A DNA stretch of 63,994 nt, filler included, from Streblomastix strix (lineage: Eukaryota): NCBI GenBank assembly GCA_008636045.1. It is 4 parts of 4 records of this genome, joined end to end, with 100 filler letters (N's around TTAATTAATTAA, not from the genome) between each part and the next. Parts side by side here need not be neighbours in the genome. Positions count along the whole stretch, not along the records: positions 1 to 16,066 come from SNRW01000877.1; 3 more parts are not named here. The stretch is one strand, 5' to 3'. Both the position numbers and the translations under genes were made by a program. The notes below the pieces were generated by a model that was not told the origin of the DNA, searched no databases, and saw only the letters and a program-made list of their open reading frames with translations. This document shows positions 1 to 13,420 of the stretch, one piece after another; positions within the stretch are counted from its first letter, which is position 1, and each line of letters opens with the position of its first letter.

Positions 1-1
1 T

Positions 2-1630
2 TCTTACTGCGATAAATTCATTTCAATCAAAGATATAGATATGTGTCGACCTATGATATAATTACGCAAATTTGTATATCATAAACATCTTGCAATGACT
101 ATTTCTTATCAATATGTTTATAAAATTTTACGGAACAATATGAATGGCAGAAATTTGTACGTTATATACAGAGATAATATATCTGGATTAACGCAAATAA
201 ACAAATTTAAATACAATTTTTCATATAAAACAGTTCATTCATTCGATTTGCTCTATATTATCTCGCACATAATATGTCTTGATTTCAATTCCTTTTATCC
301 TTCTATATTGAATTCAAATTCGCATATTCTTGTTTCGTACAAAAATCATAAGATATATATGCCTGGGGATGTTACTGCAGTAATTAAAGGCGAATAAAAT
401 GCAAAATAAATAATTTATAACGAATATAGATTCTAAAGCGATGAGGATTTCTTGTAAAATATGGTTTAATTGTTCATTAAAGTTGTCAACATTCATATTC
501 CAGATGAATTTATTAATGAATTTATAGATTTTCCTGTAATTTGGCGAAATCTTAAGATAACAATGAATATGCAAACTGTCGGGGAATATACTTACAAAAA
601 TATGATTGAACGTCACATGGCATGCGATAAAGAAGAACCAAAATAGTTTTTGTTATCGTCGACGCATAATGAATTCATGACTTTTAACAACTATAACTTA
701 AGGTTTCATATAAATAGATGCCATCTTGAAATTGATGAAATACAATAAGTCACAAGATACAGTAAAAATACTTCATATCACGAATTCGTCAATGAAACTC
801 ATAAGCTTAGTTGTGATGCATTAGCAGCAGGAATTAAAATCTAGAATTAATGTATACAATAAAACTTAATGCTTCATTTTGTTTTGACGCATTGAATACT
901 GAGAAATTTTAAGATATTAGGATATGCAATAGATAAAAACTTGGACTGTGCTATATACTTAATACATTTATGTCAGAATGATATTTATCTGATAATTTAT
1001 CAGAGGTTGTGTTAGAAAAGAAGAAATGTTAATGCTCAACACCGTTATAAGTGGCTTATTTCGTGATGGATAATTCCAAATATTTCTATCTTAATACTAT
1101 CCATAATTTTCTAGTTCTATGTATTGACATGAATAAAATACATGTAATTTACGATGAAATAGATAGTATATGCTTAGGAATAGCTGATTAAAATTCGCCA
1201 ATTCTGAACTAAAACTTATGGAATAAATTATATCCTTAAATTTTCCCAATGTCCTATTAAATTCACGAAAAAAAAAATTAATTGGTTGGAACATTTAACA
1301 GCAAGTAAAAATATGCTTTACTTTAGCCACTAAGTGTTATTATTTAGATACATATGATAACGTCGAAATTATGAAGCTAAAGGGGGTTAACTAGAAGTTA
1401 AATCCAAATATTTCTAAAAATTCCTTTATCATAAATATTTAAGATGATTATCACACGGAAGTAACACGGAAATCCGTAATTAAAAAATAAGTTTTAATGT
1501 CAGAAGTAATATCAAATCGTGTTGACATAAGCGGAATTAACACAAAACAGTAGTTTTTAAAAATTAATCATGCGCACCTATCTTAAATGGAATTAACGCT
1601 GATAAATTTTTTGTTTTCTCGATTGGGATA
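2..1630 (+). pseudogene. Protein-primed family B DNA polymerase (pPolB), C-terminal half, frameshifted
   Basis: Motif A ICLDFNSFYPS (~275-305), motif B-like KLNASFCFD (~862-890), degenerate motif C IHVIYDEIDS (~1140-1170), then LATKCYY and KLKGVN. Collinear with the intact pPolB at 43330-48366. Confidence 0.9.
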
Positions 1631-1721
1631 AAGATGCGAAGCATCGTTGATGAAACGCATTGAATGTTCAGCTTTTAAACTATTAATTATTATCTTAAAT
1701 TATTTTTGCATAAACTTATAA

Positions 1722-2933
1722 ATGAACGCTAAAACATAGGAAAAAGTGTCATAATGGATAGAATATATCGTATATCATAATATGAATTAAATGAAACATT
1801 AGGAATTTGATAAGAGTTTGAATAAATAAAATTTCTGCGAAGCAGCAACGAGTACTCATAGTAACAGAAAATTTAATGAAAAAATGATTGAGAAATTGTA
1901 TAAATAATACATATAAAACATGATTAATCAAGTGTTTCAAAATTACTAAACAAACCGAGGTTGCATAGTGAAAAACAATGCGTCTGATATAGGAAAACAC
2001 ATTGAATTATCTATTAAAATCGAAAGATAAATAATATATAAAAAGATACATTGCGAAAAACCTCAAAAAGTATAAGAAACTCCTAACGATTATTAAATAA
2101 AACCATTATATAAGCTAAATCTCCTATATTATTCTCCATACTTCAGATCTTGGAATATAGATTTGATATTTTCAATAGACGAACATATCATTCGTGCCAA
2201 TCCAATATATGTCCTCTGCATAAATATTAACACAAAATATCTCGTAGTTTTCCCATTAAGAGATAAATCAGCAGGTTAAATCAAGAATATTTTGTAAATA
2301 TTTATTAAGAATTATAATGTTACGAATGTCGGAGGTGATGGCTAGAAAGAATTTAACGGAAATATATTGAAAACATTCCGTTTAGAGATTAATATTACTT
2401 CATTCTTTACCGATTCTAAATTCACAAATCATAATAGAGTCGTAGATTCTGTAATCAGAACTATTCGCAATGGATTTGGCAATGATTCTGGGAAGTTTGC
2501 TGATAATTATTTAATGCGATAAATGGTATAAATATATAATTAGACTCTTCATTCTGCCTATAACAATAAAATTACACCGTAATAAGCCAATTTTAATCAT
2601 GATATTGAAAGAATTTACATAAGATAATAGTAAAATTAATTCTTTGAAATCAAAAAATAACAAAAGAAATAAGGGCTTATGTCATTCTCTCCAGGAAATA
2701 TTTTTATGATTCATATTGATTATTCTAAAACAGGACATCAATTCTTTAAATAAAGAAGAAATTTCAAAGAATTAGCTGAATTCATAAGATATTCAAATGG
2801 AAATGTAGCCGCCAAGTTATTAAAACCATATTCTGATGTAAATATTATAGAATTACCTGTATAATATTGCAAATTGGTTGCAAAAGAAATAAGTTAATTA
2901 GATTAAAAATATAAATAATATTTCAAAATATGA
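1722..2933 (+). CDS. rve/retroviral-type integrase with D-D(35)-D triad, 403 aa, open frame
   Basis: Single open frame ATG 1722 to TGA 2933 when TAA/TAG=Gln. Motifs: SWNIDL (D 2160), VGGDGQKEF (D 2337), NHNRVVDSVIRTIR (D 2445), YNQTLHSAYNNKITP (integrase YNxxxHS...TP motif). Confidence 0.85.
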
Positions 2934-2944
2934 GATCTGCTAAA

Positions 2945-3337
2945 ATGGAAATTGTCATTTTATAAATTATGCAAATTAAAATGTAAAATTCTGCAACTTT
3001 GTTCACATGTCAAAGCGTCGTTGATGTAAACAGGTAATCATCGTGATTTAAATACAAAACAGAAGAAAAGGCCCATAAAGCTGCTGAAATTAGCCGTAAA
3101 CGTGCACGTGCAAAGGAATTACTAAAGATGAGAGTACATCGGTAATTTGCACCTGATTCTTAACAATATTTTATTAATAGATTGCGAAAATTGATTGTAA
3201 TCAATGAAGTCACCCTTGCTTTAATACATTAAATCGTAGATAAGTACGATGAAAAATATAAAAAAATAGTGGAATTTGCTAATATTATAGACTTAAAAGA
3301 AGTTGTTTAATAAAAATAAGATATAATTGAAGAATGA
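2945..3337 (+). pseudogene. Small basic helical protein of element A, one internal TGA
   Basis: KYKTEEKAHKAAEISRKRAR...LRKLIVIN...IVDKY. A similar ORF (KYSSSEEADKFAAE...LQKIIITN...IIDRY) follows the integrase in element C. Confidence 0.6.
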
Positions 3338-3369
3338 AATTAGTTTTAGATATATTTTTCACCATAAAT

Positions 3370-3992
3370 CTGTTTCATTAAATCGTATTTCTGGAATTTC
3401 TTCTTACGGTTCGGGATTCTCAGCTTAATATGGAAATTATGGTTGACGTTATGATTCTTTAACTTACTTCTTTTACTTAAATATCTTTATTTTATCCTTA
3501 TATTTTTCAATCTTCTTTGATAAATCTTTATGTTGTTATTTAATAAATGCGTATTCAGTTCGCAAACGTACAAATTCTTCAAGATTAACTTATGGTGAAG
3601 TACAATTTATTTATGGTTTTTTAATTGTTTCTATGGAGTTGGATTTGGAGTTTTCACGGGTTTCAGGCGATAGTTTTTTCATTATCTTCATCATCGCTGT
3701 ATAACTGCTCACTTTATCGAAATTTACATTCGCTTTGTTAGAATTCATCATTGGCGTCATCATCAAAATCACTTTCAACTTGACGTTTTGCAGCACGTTT
3801 TGGTTTTACTTAACCACCACCTCGTGCATATAATAGCTTAGTTTGTCAAGCTTAAATCAATATTTTTGGTTATTTCTTTCCTTCGTCGTATATTTTTATC
3901 TTATTCTTTGCTTTCATGATGTATCCATCATTGAAGCACACAATTGATGTACCGTTTTCCATGAGATTCTTGAGTGTTTATGCTTGATTCAT
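3370..3992 (-). pseudogene. Hypothetical viral protein, frameshifted
   Basis: Minus-strand ATG at 3992 (MNQAQTLKNLMENGTSIVCFNDGYIMKAK), followed by acidic and charged segments in shifted frames. Confidence 0.45.
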
Positions 3993-4079
3993 CTTGATAT
4001 CTGTTTTGATTTTATTTAAACTCACAACTCTAAGTTGCAAGCAAATTAAAACGTTTGCAAAATCGTGACAACAAACTAA

Positions 4080-5050
4080 ATGAATCAAATTAGAGTTCGT
4101 AAAAACAAACATGCAAATCCTGTTATGAAAAAATTATCTGAAGAAGATATGTCGAGATTATAAGCCATTGATGGCGCGATAACAAATGGTTTTAGGAAAC
4201 AATTTAAATCCCGTAGCTTTAAGTTTCACGGAACTAGCTCCAATTTATATTTTCATATGAACTGACTGGCTCATCTGTGCAAACACCACTTCAGTCCAGG
4301 GATTTAATAATTGACGAATAAGAGACTCCGCAAGCTCGTCGCCAAATCGGAAACAATTTGGAGGAAGAACAAGGAATTTAGAATGAAAAACTAAGGAGAA
4401 AGGCTTATAATATTCATAAATATAAAGAAGTTCCACGTGAAACTGCTTAAGTTGGACCAGAATAAATTGTTAAAGATACATGTTTATCTCATCTTAACTT
4501 AGAAATATGGAAATTTATCATAGTTATTGGGTAGCGCACGGTTGATTCGCGTAAGAAAGGGGAAGATTTCATATTCAATTCAGATAAAAACATCAAGCTC
4601 TAGGCCCTTATAACATAAAAAAAAGAGAATGATATTAAGATTATTATGGAAGAACCATTGATGAGATATAACAGTTGCACATCTGAAAAATACAAGAAGA
4701 AAGAAATTATAAGAATCAAGAATGTTCTCTTCTAGAATGTATCTATTTCTAACAATGATAAAGTTTTATGGAATAGTAAAGAGAAGCTATATCGGGTCAA
4801 CAAAGACTTCGTTAAATTATCTGACAAGCTAGAATCAGATATTGGTCCTGATGATTTTTGATAGATTCATAGCTATGAAATTGTTTATTTTTGTTGGAAA
4901 CTAATATAAGAAGAGTAGCAAATAAGTGATCTTGAAGATCAATCAAAAGAAGAACTATAATAAATGAAATCAGAATATGAGAAGATGAAAAAATAATAAT
5001 TAGAAATAGAATCACTATAGAAGTTGTAAAAATAAATAACTTAATAAATA
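4080..5050 (+). pseudogene. One or two hypothetical viral proteins, degenerate
   Basis: MNQIRVRKNKHANPVMKKLSEEDMSRLQAIDGAITNGFRK from 4080. Coding-like composition continues to ~5050 with TGA/frameshift breaks. No family recognised. Confidence 0.4.
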
Positions 5051-5099
5051 GATAATGAAATAATAAAATATTTTACTTATTTTAGTTAATTCTTTAAGA

Positions 5100-5650
5100 A
5101 ATTATCAACTTCTGATTTATCGCATTTAGTAACACTAGATACAGCATAAATTATTACTGGGATTAAGATATTTACATAACATACCGCAGCTAATAAAATC
5201 ATTAAATAAGGTTGAACAAATTTTCAGATTCTTCTGGTTAATAGAGATACTATTGATAAAGATTAATTAGATTATGAACGTATTGAGAATGCTAGTACTA
5301 GACCAATCATTTTTGGAATGTATCAACAATTAATATGGGGTACATTATCAACATAAAATAGTAGAGTATATATATCACTGTAAGTATATCATTCAGATCA
5401 TAATACTGTATGCATATCTGCATATACATTATTCTCCATCATTAACGAAGATGTAAAACCAAAATTCACAGGAACACCACGAAATTTACCTTTAAATGTT
5501 GTTATGTTTGCGACTAAAAATTTTGGTTGTCTAATATGCTGGAATGATACTATTCCTATTGATTGTCATATTGATCCTGATGGACATGTAAGAATTAATA
5601 CAACGTGTTAGATTAGTTTATCTGATGGTTTTTTGCGTTTAAGTTCGTGA
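5100..5650 (+). pseudogene. Fiber/spike-like protein C-terminus
   Basis: LVTLDTAQIITGIKIF and FQILLVN resemble the phage tail-fiber repeat (xDTAQTITGxKTF), followed by a beta-rich knob-like domain (CHIDPDGHVRIN). One internal TGA. Confidence 0.55.
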
Positions 5651-6047
5651 TATATATGCTACTTATAATTAATTAGCTAATTGATAAATTTTAAAATAAA
5701 TTGAACTTTTCGAGTTTTTCAATTTTAATTATGATTATAATAAATTTTAAGATTCAATAACTTTAAATTCAGAATGTATATTCACATTTTAGCGAGTTCT
5801 TCGTCTTATTTTTCAATTGCTTCTTTAACGAAATCCTCTATTTATTCATTTGAATACTTGGACGAATAGAAATAACTTACTTAATTATTTGGTTTCTCGG
5901 TATTTTCCGTCTTATTTTTGTTTCTCCTTCGATAAACAAATTAGAATATATAGACGATTATATTCAACGGTACAAAAATTTCATCAATATAATTCTATAA
6001 TTACTTTTATATTGAAATTATTTATACTAGATATTTAGGAATTGATA

Positions 6048-7217
6048 ATGAAATTACGGATACCAAGAAATTTACATTATAAAATATAGAATTAATAATT
6101 AATATTAACAGATTCATTTGGCTACTAACTAAAGCAACTTGTTCCAATAGATAATCTGCATAACATTAGAAGAGATATAATCAGTAACATTCGACGATAA
6201 CTCTATGTTAGATGAATACAAAACAAAGCCATTAACCAGAAATTTATTATTCTTAATCAATAGGAAACATTATATTGCTGGCGCTGTTGGTTCAGGGAAA
6301 ACTACATTATTAAGCAAATTAATTGTAATATACAAATAAAAAATTAATCCTTTGATTTTATATTTCTCCAACTTTGGTGTTGCTGAGACTATGACATTGA
6401 ATCTTAACTCGAAGAATATTATTTTAACCAACATAACTTATGAGGAAACAATGTATTTCTTACCATAATTTGATGAGTTCAAGTATTCGGTAAAAGAACT
6501 CTATACTTATTGAAAATTACGTGAACTAAACATATCTTACAATTCAGATTATATATAAAGAATGATGGAAAGAATTATTCAAAATAATCCAATTAAGGAG
6601 AATCTAACACGCCTTGCATCGGCATCTATCGAAAAATAAATGGAGAAAACAAAAGATTATGCAAGAAATACTGCTAAGATATTTGAATAAGAATGTATTG
6701 ATAAAATAACGAAATACGGTGTTCCGACAATGATTATGAGACTTACTGTCCCAGCAGTTACTCATAATGTATATTTCGAAAGGAAATTATCCATTTCATA
6801 AGAATATGGTGATGAAGAATTAAAAATTACAAAATCTCGAAACTATTTCATAGTTCGCTGCAGAATTCACTGATAATTTTTGGTGATATTGGAAGTAATA
6901 CAGACATTTAAAAACTTTCATCAGGATTAGCGAAGATAATAACTCATTTAGTTTCCGACTGTAGACATAGCAAAAATACTGAGTTTTTTGTTGCGTAACG
7001 CCCAAGTTACTTTTTCAAAACTGCAAGAATATTATCTCATGTTATGTGTTTGGATGTTAATCTTAGCGAAAGTGATTTAAAGCGATCTTATGATGAAAAT
7101 TCTATTTAGGATCTAGACTTTGATGAATTTATATTAATATATGGCACTCTTAACAAAAATGAATTCATAGTGCATAATAAGTGGTTGAGTAAATATATGA
7201 TCTTAAAGAATGAATGA
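6048..7217 (+). pseudogene. A32/FtsK-HerA family DNA packaging ATPase
   Basis: Walker A IAGAVGSGKTT (6274-6306), degenerate Walker B LIIFGD (~6870-6888), A32-type CRHSKNTEFFVAQ. Contains frameshifts and an internal TGA. Confidence 0.85.
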
Positions 7218-7330
7218 TAAAAATTTGCATAATGACTTATTTTTGCATAATTCGAAAGAATTACGTTGGCAAAAACATTGAGTTAACAAAGGATATAGGT
7301 GATACGTTCTTTAATTTAATTTGATTTTCA

Positions 7331-8160
7331 ATGATTGACAAAATTTCAGAGGAAATCATCAAGTTCCAGTAGTTAATTATCAGGAAGTGAATATTAATTG
7401 ACAGTTGATGACTAAAACTCATTAATATATGCACTAATAGATAATGCTTAGAATTATGCTATGAAACTGGAAACTAACTGCGAAATGACATTGAAAAATA
7501 TAAATTAATTAAATAATGAATTCTAAGCAAAACTATCTACATTAGAATAAGACGTTAATGCAATATAATTAACATTGGGAACTGCATCTTAAGATAGTGG
7601 TGGTTTATAATAATAAATTAATGTAATTAATTAAGAACTGAATAAATAGACACATTTTAGAGGATACTATTTATTGAACGCATATATATAATAATTAGAA
7701 AACTTTGCCAATGGTGATTTTGCATTATCTGCTGAAAGTGGAACAGTACAGATATATGATTAGAATTGGTATAATAGTGAAGATATAGTTCCTGATTAAG
7801 TAACTCCTGCAAGTGATTCTACTCCATTTGCTGATAGTGGAACTGGAGTTGCAGGAACTTCAAATGAGTATTCTAGAAGATATCATAAGCATCCACTATA
7901 AGTAACCACATCATTACAAGGTAAAGGTACTTCTATTGGTAATATCTGCTCACCTAATACTTATGTTAGATCTGATCATTAACATCTCATTCAGACTCCA
8001 GATTCAATACAACCAGCTGATAAATCAGATGGATCATATAGTACAGTTGATTTTTATGCTTGAAATGATCATTCTCATCCTATTAATGTCTAAACAAATG
8101 CTTCAATTGTACCTGTATTTAATGGAGTTGGAAATAATGGAACTTCAGCTTAATATCTTT
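7331..8160 (+). pseudogene. Fiber-like protein with (A/S)RxDHxHP repeats, 3' truncated
   Basis: Coiled-coil start, then VPDQVTPASDSTPFADSGTGVAGTSNEYSRRYHKHP, TYVRSDHQH, FYA*NDHSHP: His-pair repeats like those of phage tail fibers. Confidence 0.65.
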
Positions 8161-8268
8161 GAGCCAAAATTCTTCAATCTAGAAAAGAATCAGATAATAA
8201 TTATAGTATGTTTTCTTGTTTGTGCGTTTGTTTAAATAACAAAACGTACACATTGTTTTAAATTATAA

Positions 8269-10241
8269 ACGAGTCATACCAATATAAGTTTCTCAGCAAG
8301 CGACTACATATAAAAGTTAACAAAAACATAACATTCCGACTATATATCAACGTATTCAGCAATGTCAGAAGTATTAAGATAAGCATCGATTCATCAATAT
8401 AGTTTTACACTGTGTCGACAAGAATTCTTTGATCAGCCAATATTTCGGATGAGAAGTGATGGACAAAGATACACTCGTGCTCCACTTGGTGCAAGAGGTA
8501 ATGCAACATGTTCAATGGTATAATCATGTTAAGTTAACAGGCAAATAACAATTCCTAAAAATAGTTTAGCTTTATAACTTAATGTAAGGGCATCACCAGA
8601 GGTAACAATTGATGCTCCAGCAATAGCAAGAGCAAGAGTAAATTTCAATGGATTAAATAATCCATAAGCAGACTGGCCTCGAACTATGTAAATTGGAGCT
8701 GGAGACGCGTTGTAGCCATTAAGTGGTGATGAACGAATAATGTTTTAGATTGAATATTCAACAGCTTGTGGACCATTCCAATAAATAGCAATCTGTAAAG
8801 ATAACACAAAACTATGGGAAACTTCAATTTATGCAAGAGAATAAGCTGCGATTGCTGCAAATTCATTATCAGATTAATGTACTAATAATTCTGTGAGCGT
8901 AACACAATTAGAATCAATAGGTAGAGGTAGAAGACACTACAGAATTTTCATTAAATTTCCTTTTTCAAAATTCGGAATTGTAACCAATGCTTTTAATTAT
9001 TTAATTCCAGATGATATAAACTATTGCCGGAGTATTTGATCTGAATCAGTTAAATCCAATTTACAGTACATTTCCAGTTTTAACACGTAACTTCGCATCA
9101 TAATAATTATAATTATGGAAATAAAATTTCTTATAAGACCTGAAAATTGTATGGTTAAATAAGTCTGATACTTATATGAATGAGTATCTTGCATATTAAA
9201 TGATTCCACCAGAGAAATCAGACTTAATTTACTTATTAAATATAGCTGCAACTGCATATCGTTAATTTTCTGTAAGACTTTTTAATATGCAAGGAAAACC
9301 AAATACTAAAAGAAGACCATCTAATTCTATCAGTTCAATTAATGATACAAGATTTACTAAGTTAGACATTAATAATGTATATTTCAACATGAAAAACGAA
9401 GAAGCAATCATTAATATGATAAGAGTTCCAAAAAAATGAATATTTCAAAGTAAATTACAAATACATAATCAAGTAACTTCCCTTTTATTGGATTTACAGC
9501 AAATGGTGGTTAAATGCGGAGTATAATGTCATATTCTAACATAAAAGCAATGCATATTACATTTGCAATGAATTAGTATACAACTTGGATGTTTCCAGTG
9601 TTACTATAGAAGTTTAATTTAGTAATTGATCAGCGAAATACTATTCCATAAGAATATGTATCGTTGAATTCCATGGTTACAGGGTAAATGTTCGAGTGTT
9701 TTGTTAAGTAAGACTTAGTTTCTGCACCATCTGATTTGTATTGTTCACTGAATTTCCAGATTCGATCTATAAATAACTCAGATGGAAATTATTATGGAAA
9801 AATGGGCACTAGTTATATTAATAGAGAGAATATTTTCTATAATACAACGTTAATTTAAGAAAGCAAAGCAGTAAAAATACATTATCCTCATAAATTTATG
9901 CTTATATGGAAGATTGCAACGGATGATTCATTCATGCGCGGATATAATTCATCAAAAATGTGTGAAATAACTAATATACAAGTCACATTAAAAGGGAATT
10001 TAAATCCAGGAATAGTTGACGCTGAACAGTTAAATTAACTCCAGTTGAGATTTAAAACAATCTTATATAATTTATTGCAATAAGATCAATCTCTACTCCA
10101 ACAAATGCTTAGATTTCACCGTAAATGCTTTATATCTGTGATGCAACTGTTAGATTTACATTCGTTGATGCTCCTGATCCATAGGTTTTAAACTTTGAAA
10201 TCATAGGCGAGATTGGCGGAACAATGGTTAGAAATGTATGA
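8269..10241 (+). pseudogene. Probable double jelly-roll major capsid protein
   Basis: About 650 codons, beta-rich (STACGPFQQIAICKDNTKLWETSIYAREQA...YICDATVRFTF...EIIGEIGG), downstream of the ATPase and fiber. The likely start is mutated (ACG at 8269) and there are at least two frameshifts. The fold is inferred from size and context. Confidence 0.6.
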
Positions 10242-10300
10242 GTATAAAAATAATAAAAACACTATTAATTTATTTTTGCAAATTAGGAAATCATTACAAC

Positions 10301-11170
10301 ATGGAAAAATAAACATAAAAACATTAATTTCACGATTTTTAATAGTTAATGCTGATCATATTTTACTAATATTAAGCTAAATGAATATTAAGATTGACCG
10401 AACGAAGTTTGGCGACGAAAAATGCAGTCATACGGTCTGAATTTCCAACAACAAGCTATCATACATATCAATATATTGCGATATTATTTTTCTTCCAAGA
10501 TTATCAAATAAAATGAATACAACACTCTAATTTTAACCTATCATACATTATTAAGATAACATATTTTAACCCCATAATACAGATGCACCAGTAAGATTTT
10601 ATTTATAGCATACATTTTAGAAACTTTATCCGCCTATTCTTTATAATGTAATTCCTTACAATAAATTTGAGACTGTTATGATCAGCATCTGAGGATATTA
10701 TTAGAATTTGCATACGAAAGTGCATAAAAAAGGAGTATCACGCTCTTAACTCTAGTTATCATATTAAGTTTTGTAATTCCAAGTTTCAAGATCTATAAAT
10801 TTAACAGATGATATTTTATTTATAATAGGATTTGCACTGTTTTCTGATAATCCTTCAAATAAGTCTAAAGCACCAGTTAATTACACACATATATTTGGTG
10901 ATAAGATGATGCGTTATGGATACCAAAACTTAAAGTTTTCAGAAAGAATTACTCCCTAAATAGAGAATTATGAAAGAACATCAGGAATATATTACCCATT
11001 ATACTATTATCGGTTGATAAAAATGTATATTTACATCCATTATTCAGCATTTAAACCAGGAAATGAAGATATGATTCTGATTGGGAATGTATTTATGCTG
11101 CTAATGTTGGATTATATGGTTATTTATTAAACATTTATTATTTACTTAAGAATCTCTTAAATTTAAGAAT
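10301..11170 (+). pseudogene. Hypothetical structural protein, candidate minor capsid/penton
   Basis: About 290 codons, aromatic and beta-rich, directly after the putative MCP, frameshifted. Assigned by position only. Confidence 0.3.
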
Positions 11171-11199
11171 TATCATAAATGTTATACTGTTTCCCGAGC

Positions 11200-11898
11200 A
11201 AATATCTTATTTTTTACACTTTATACTTACGCTGTTGTTATGAATGGCTCAACCGTAGTTAAATAGTTATTGGTTGAGGGCGAATATTTTCGAATTATGC
11301 CAAATAATCGATAATAACATTCATTGCTTGCGTTGAAATAATTATAAAGAAATAAATAATTAAGAAGATTTATGAAGTAAATTGAATAAGATACAATATC
11401 AATACCTTCATTAATATTAAAAGAGAATTTCCAATCTAATAACTTCTGACTATGCTCGTTCGCAGCATTGTTAAAACATATTGCACCATGATTACTTGTG
11501 CTAATTGTTCTGAAGTAATATTCTTAAGTATCAATGAACGAATTTATCTAAGTTTATGTTACGCAAATCAATAATGGTGAATACAAATATCCCTTATAAT
11601 TAGTTTCATTTGTATTTTTATTATTAATTGTTGTGTTGAAGTTAATTCTGATCTTAGGAATCTCAGTAATAGCAGTTAATTTATAAGTTCCATCACTGAA
11701 AACTGTTTATTCATAAGATTTTCTACCAGGAGATGATGTTAAGTTGTGTTCTATTTCAAGATAGTCTTGATTCAGATAATAAGTAATATTAATAGGCATA
11801 TTGTTAAGAGAAATAACTTAAAATGAACTGCATCCACTAGGGTTAGATATTATCAATTAAACATAGTCAGAATCAGAGTCAGAACAGATGATTTACAT
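11200..11898 (-). pseudogene. Hypothetical beta-rich viral protein (alternative penton candidate)
   Basis: Minus-strand frame FQVISLNNMPINITYYLNQDYLEIEHN...IPKIRINFN, with a frameshift near the ATG at 11898. Confidence 0.4.
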
Positions 11899-12409
11899 CT
11901 TTAAAGATGATACAACACGCTTTATTTATAAAAATAAACTATAATGCTTTAAATCATCTGTTATTAAGGAATGAAATAAGTTTCAAAGATGCTTCTTATT
12001 CACAAACATCTCATGCAAGCTTATTGACTTTTTAAATTATTCCATTTTAAGTCGCTTATTATATTATCTTAAGATGAATCTTAACTCATTTTCTGAATCT
12101 GATTTAGTGGTAGCACATAATATTGAGTTTAAAAAATTAGAATAAACATGAAATTCTTAAACTGTTATGTACATTTATCTTTTCGAGTAATCAAAACGTA
12201 AACATTTCTTAAAAATAATTCTTACCACTTAATGTAACGATTTATACAATATGTAATTTGCAGGAAGAAATTGTAATCAATATATTAAATTTCAAAATTG
12301 TTTACGATTTAGCAACGAACTTGCGCAGTTTCATCATTGCAATTTTAGTTAATATCGACAAACTTTGTTTGTAGCAACTTTCAAGTTGCGTTTGTTTATA
12401 TCTAAAAGT

Positions 12410-13420
12410 AATGCCAAAGAAAGGAAAAAGATACATTCAAGTGAGGAATCAAGTGATTTTTTGTCAGAGCATACAAGTAATTCAGAATAAAGATAATATA
12501 TGCGATCAAAAAAAGGGTAAAGATAAATAAATAAGTAGAAGTAAGATCCTACAGCCGTATCAAAAATACTTGATATAATGCTAGCTAAAGGAAAAAAATT
12601 ATGGAAAGGAATGTCAGACGCAGAAAAACACGCTATGGAATAAGAAATTATTATAGCTGATTCTTCAATAAGACCTGTTGACGCATTTGCTGGTGAGTAT
12701 GGATTAAAGGATCGCAAAGCGCGTCGAATAGTTTTTGGCGCAAGATTTCCCAACAGTTTATTGTAAGATTTATACGAGACAGAGTTCAGAGTAACTAGGG
12801 AAGATAGGTTAAAATAAGAAAAATATGTTGAAAATACTGGTAGATTTGAGGAAAACATTAATGTTAGAACTGATCAACCATCCATGAATTTAGGATCGCG
12901 TAAACCAATTAGAACAGAAGAATAATAATTGAATGATATTATGAACTTTGGAAATCCTAGATAGAATTAAAAAGAAAACTAGTAGTTAAATTTGTTGTAT
13001 CCTACGGAATCTTAAGAAGATTTTGGTTAAAGTTCAATATTTTAAAATTAATCACCAGAACAAACTGTTACATAAGAGAAGATAACTGAAAGATAACGTT
13101 AAGCAATTTAGAAAGACATTCATAAATAAGAAAATTTAAATATAGTCTATGGTATTGGTGCTTTAAACTGGAGTAGACTACCAATCAATGATATTCACAA
13201 TAGAAATCCTTTTGAAACCCATAAGACGGGCTACAAATACGGTGTATTAGCAAATATTTAAGCGTATTTAAAGATAGACGCTACAGTTGGAAGTAAGAAA
13301 CAAACAAAAATGAAGAAAAATTTCATTCTATCATCATAATTAATATCCAAGTCAACTGTTCAAGATAAATTAGCTTAAAAACTCTACGGAAAACTCATGA
13401 AAAAGAAAGTTAAGAAATGA
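12410..13420 (+). pseudogene. Hypothetical viral protein with basic termini
   Basis: MPKKGKR start with an early frameshift, then a long open frame (KKLWKGMSDAEK...KLYGKLMKKKVKK) to TGA 13420. Confidence 0.55.
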
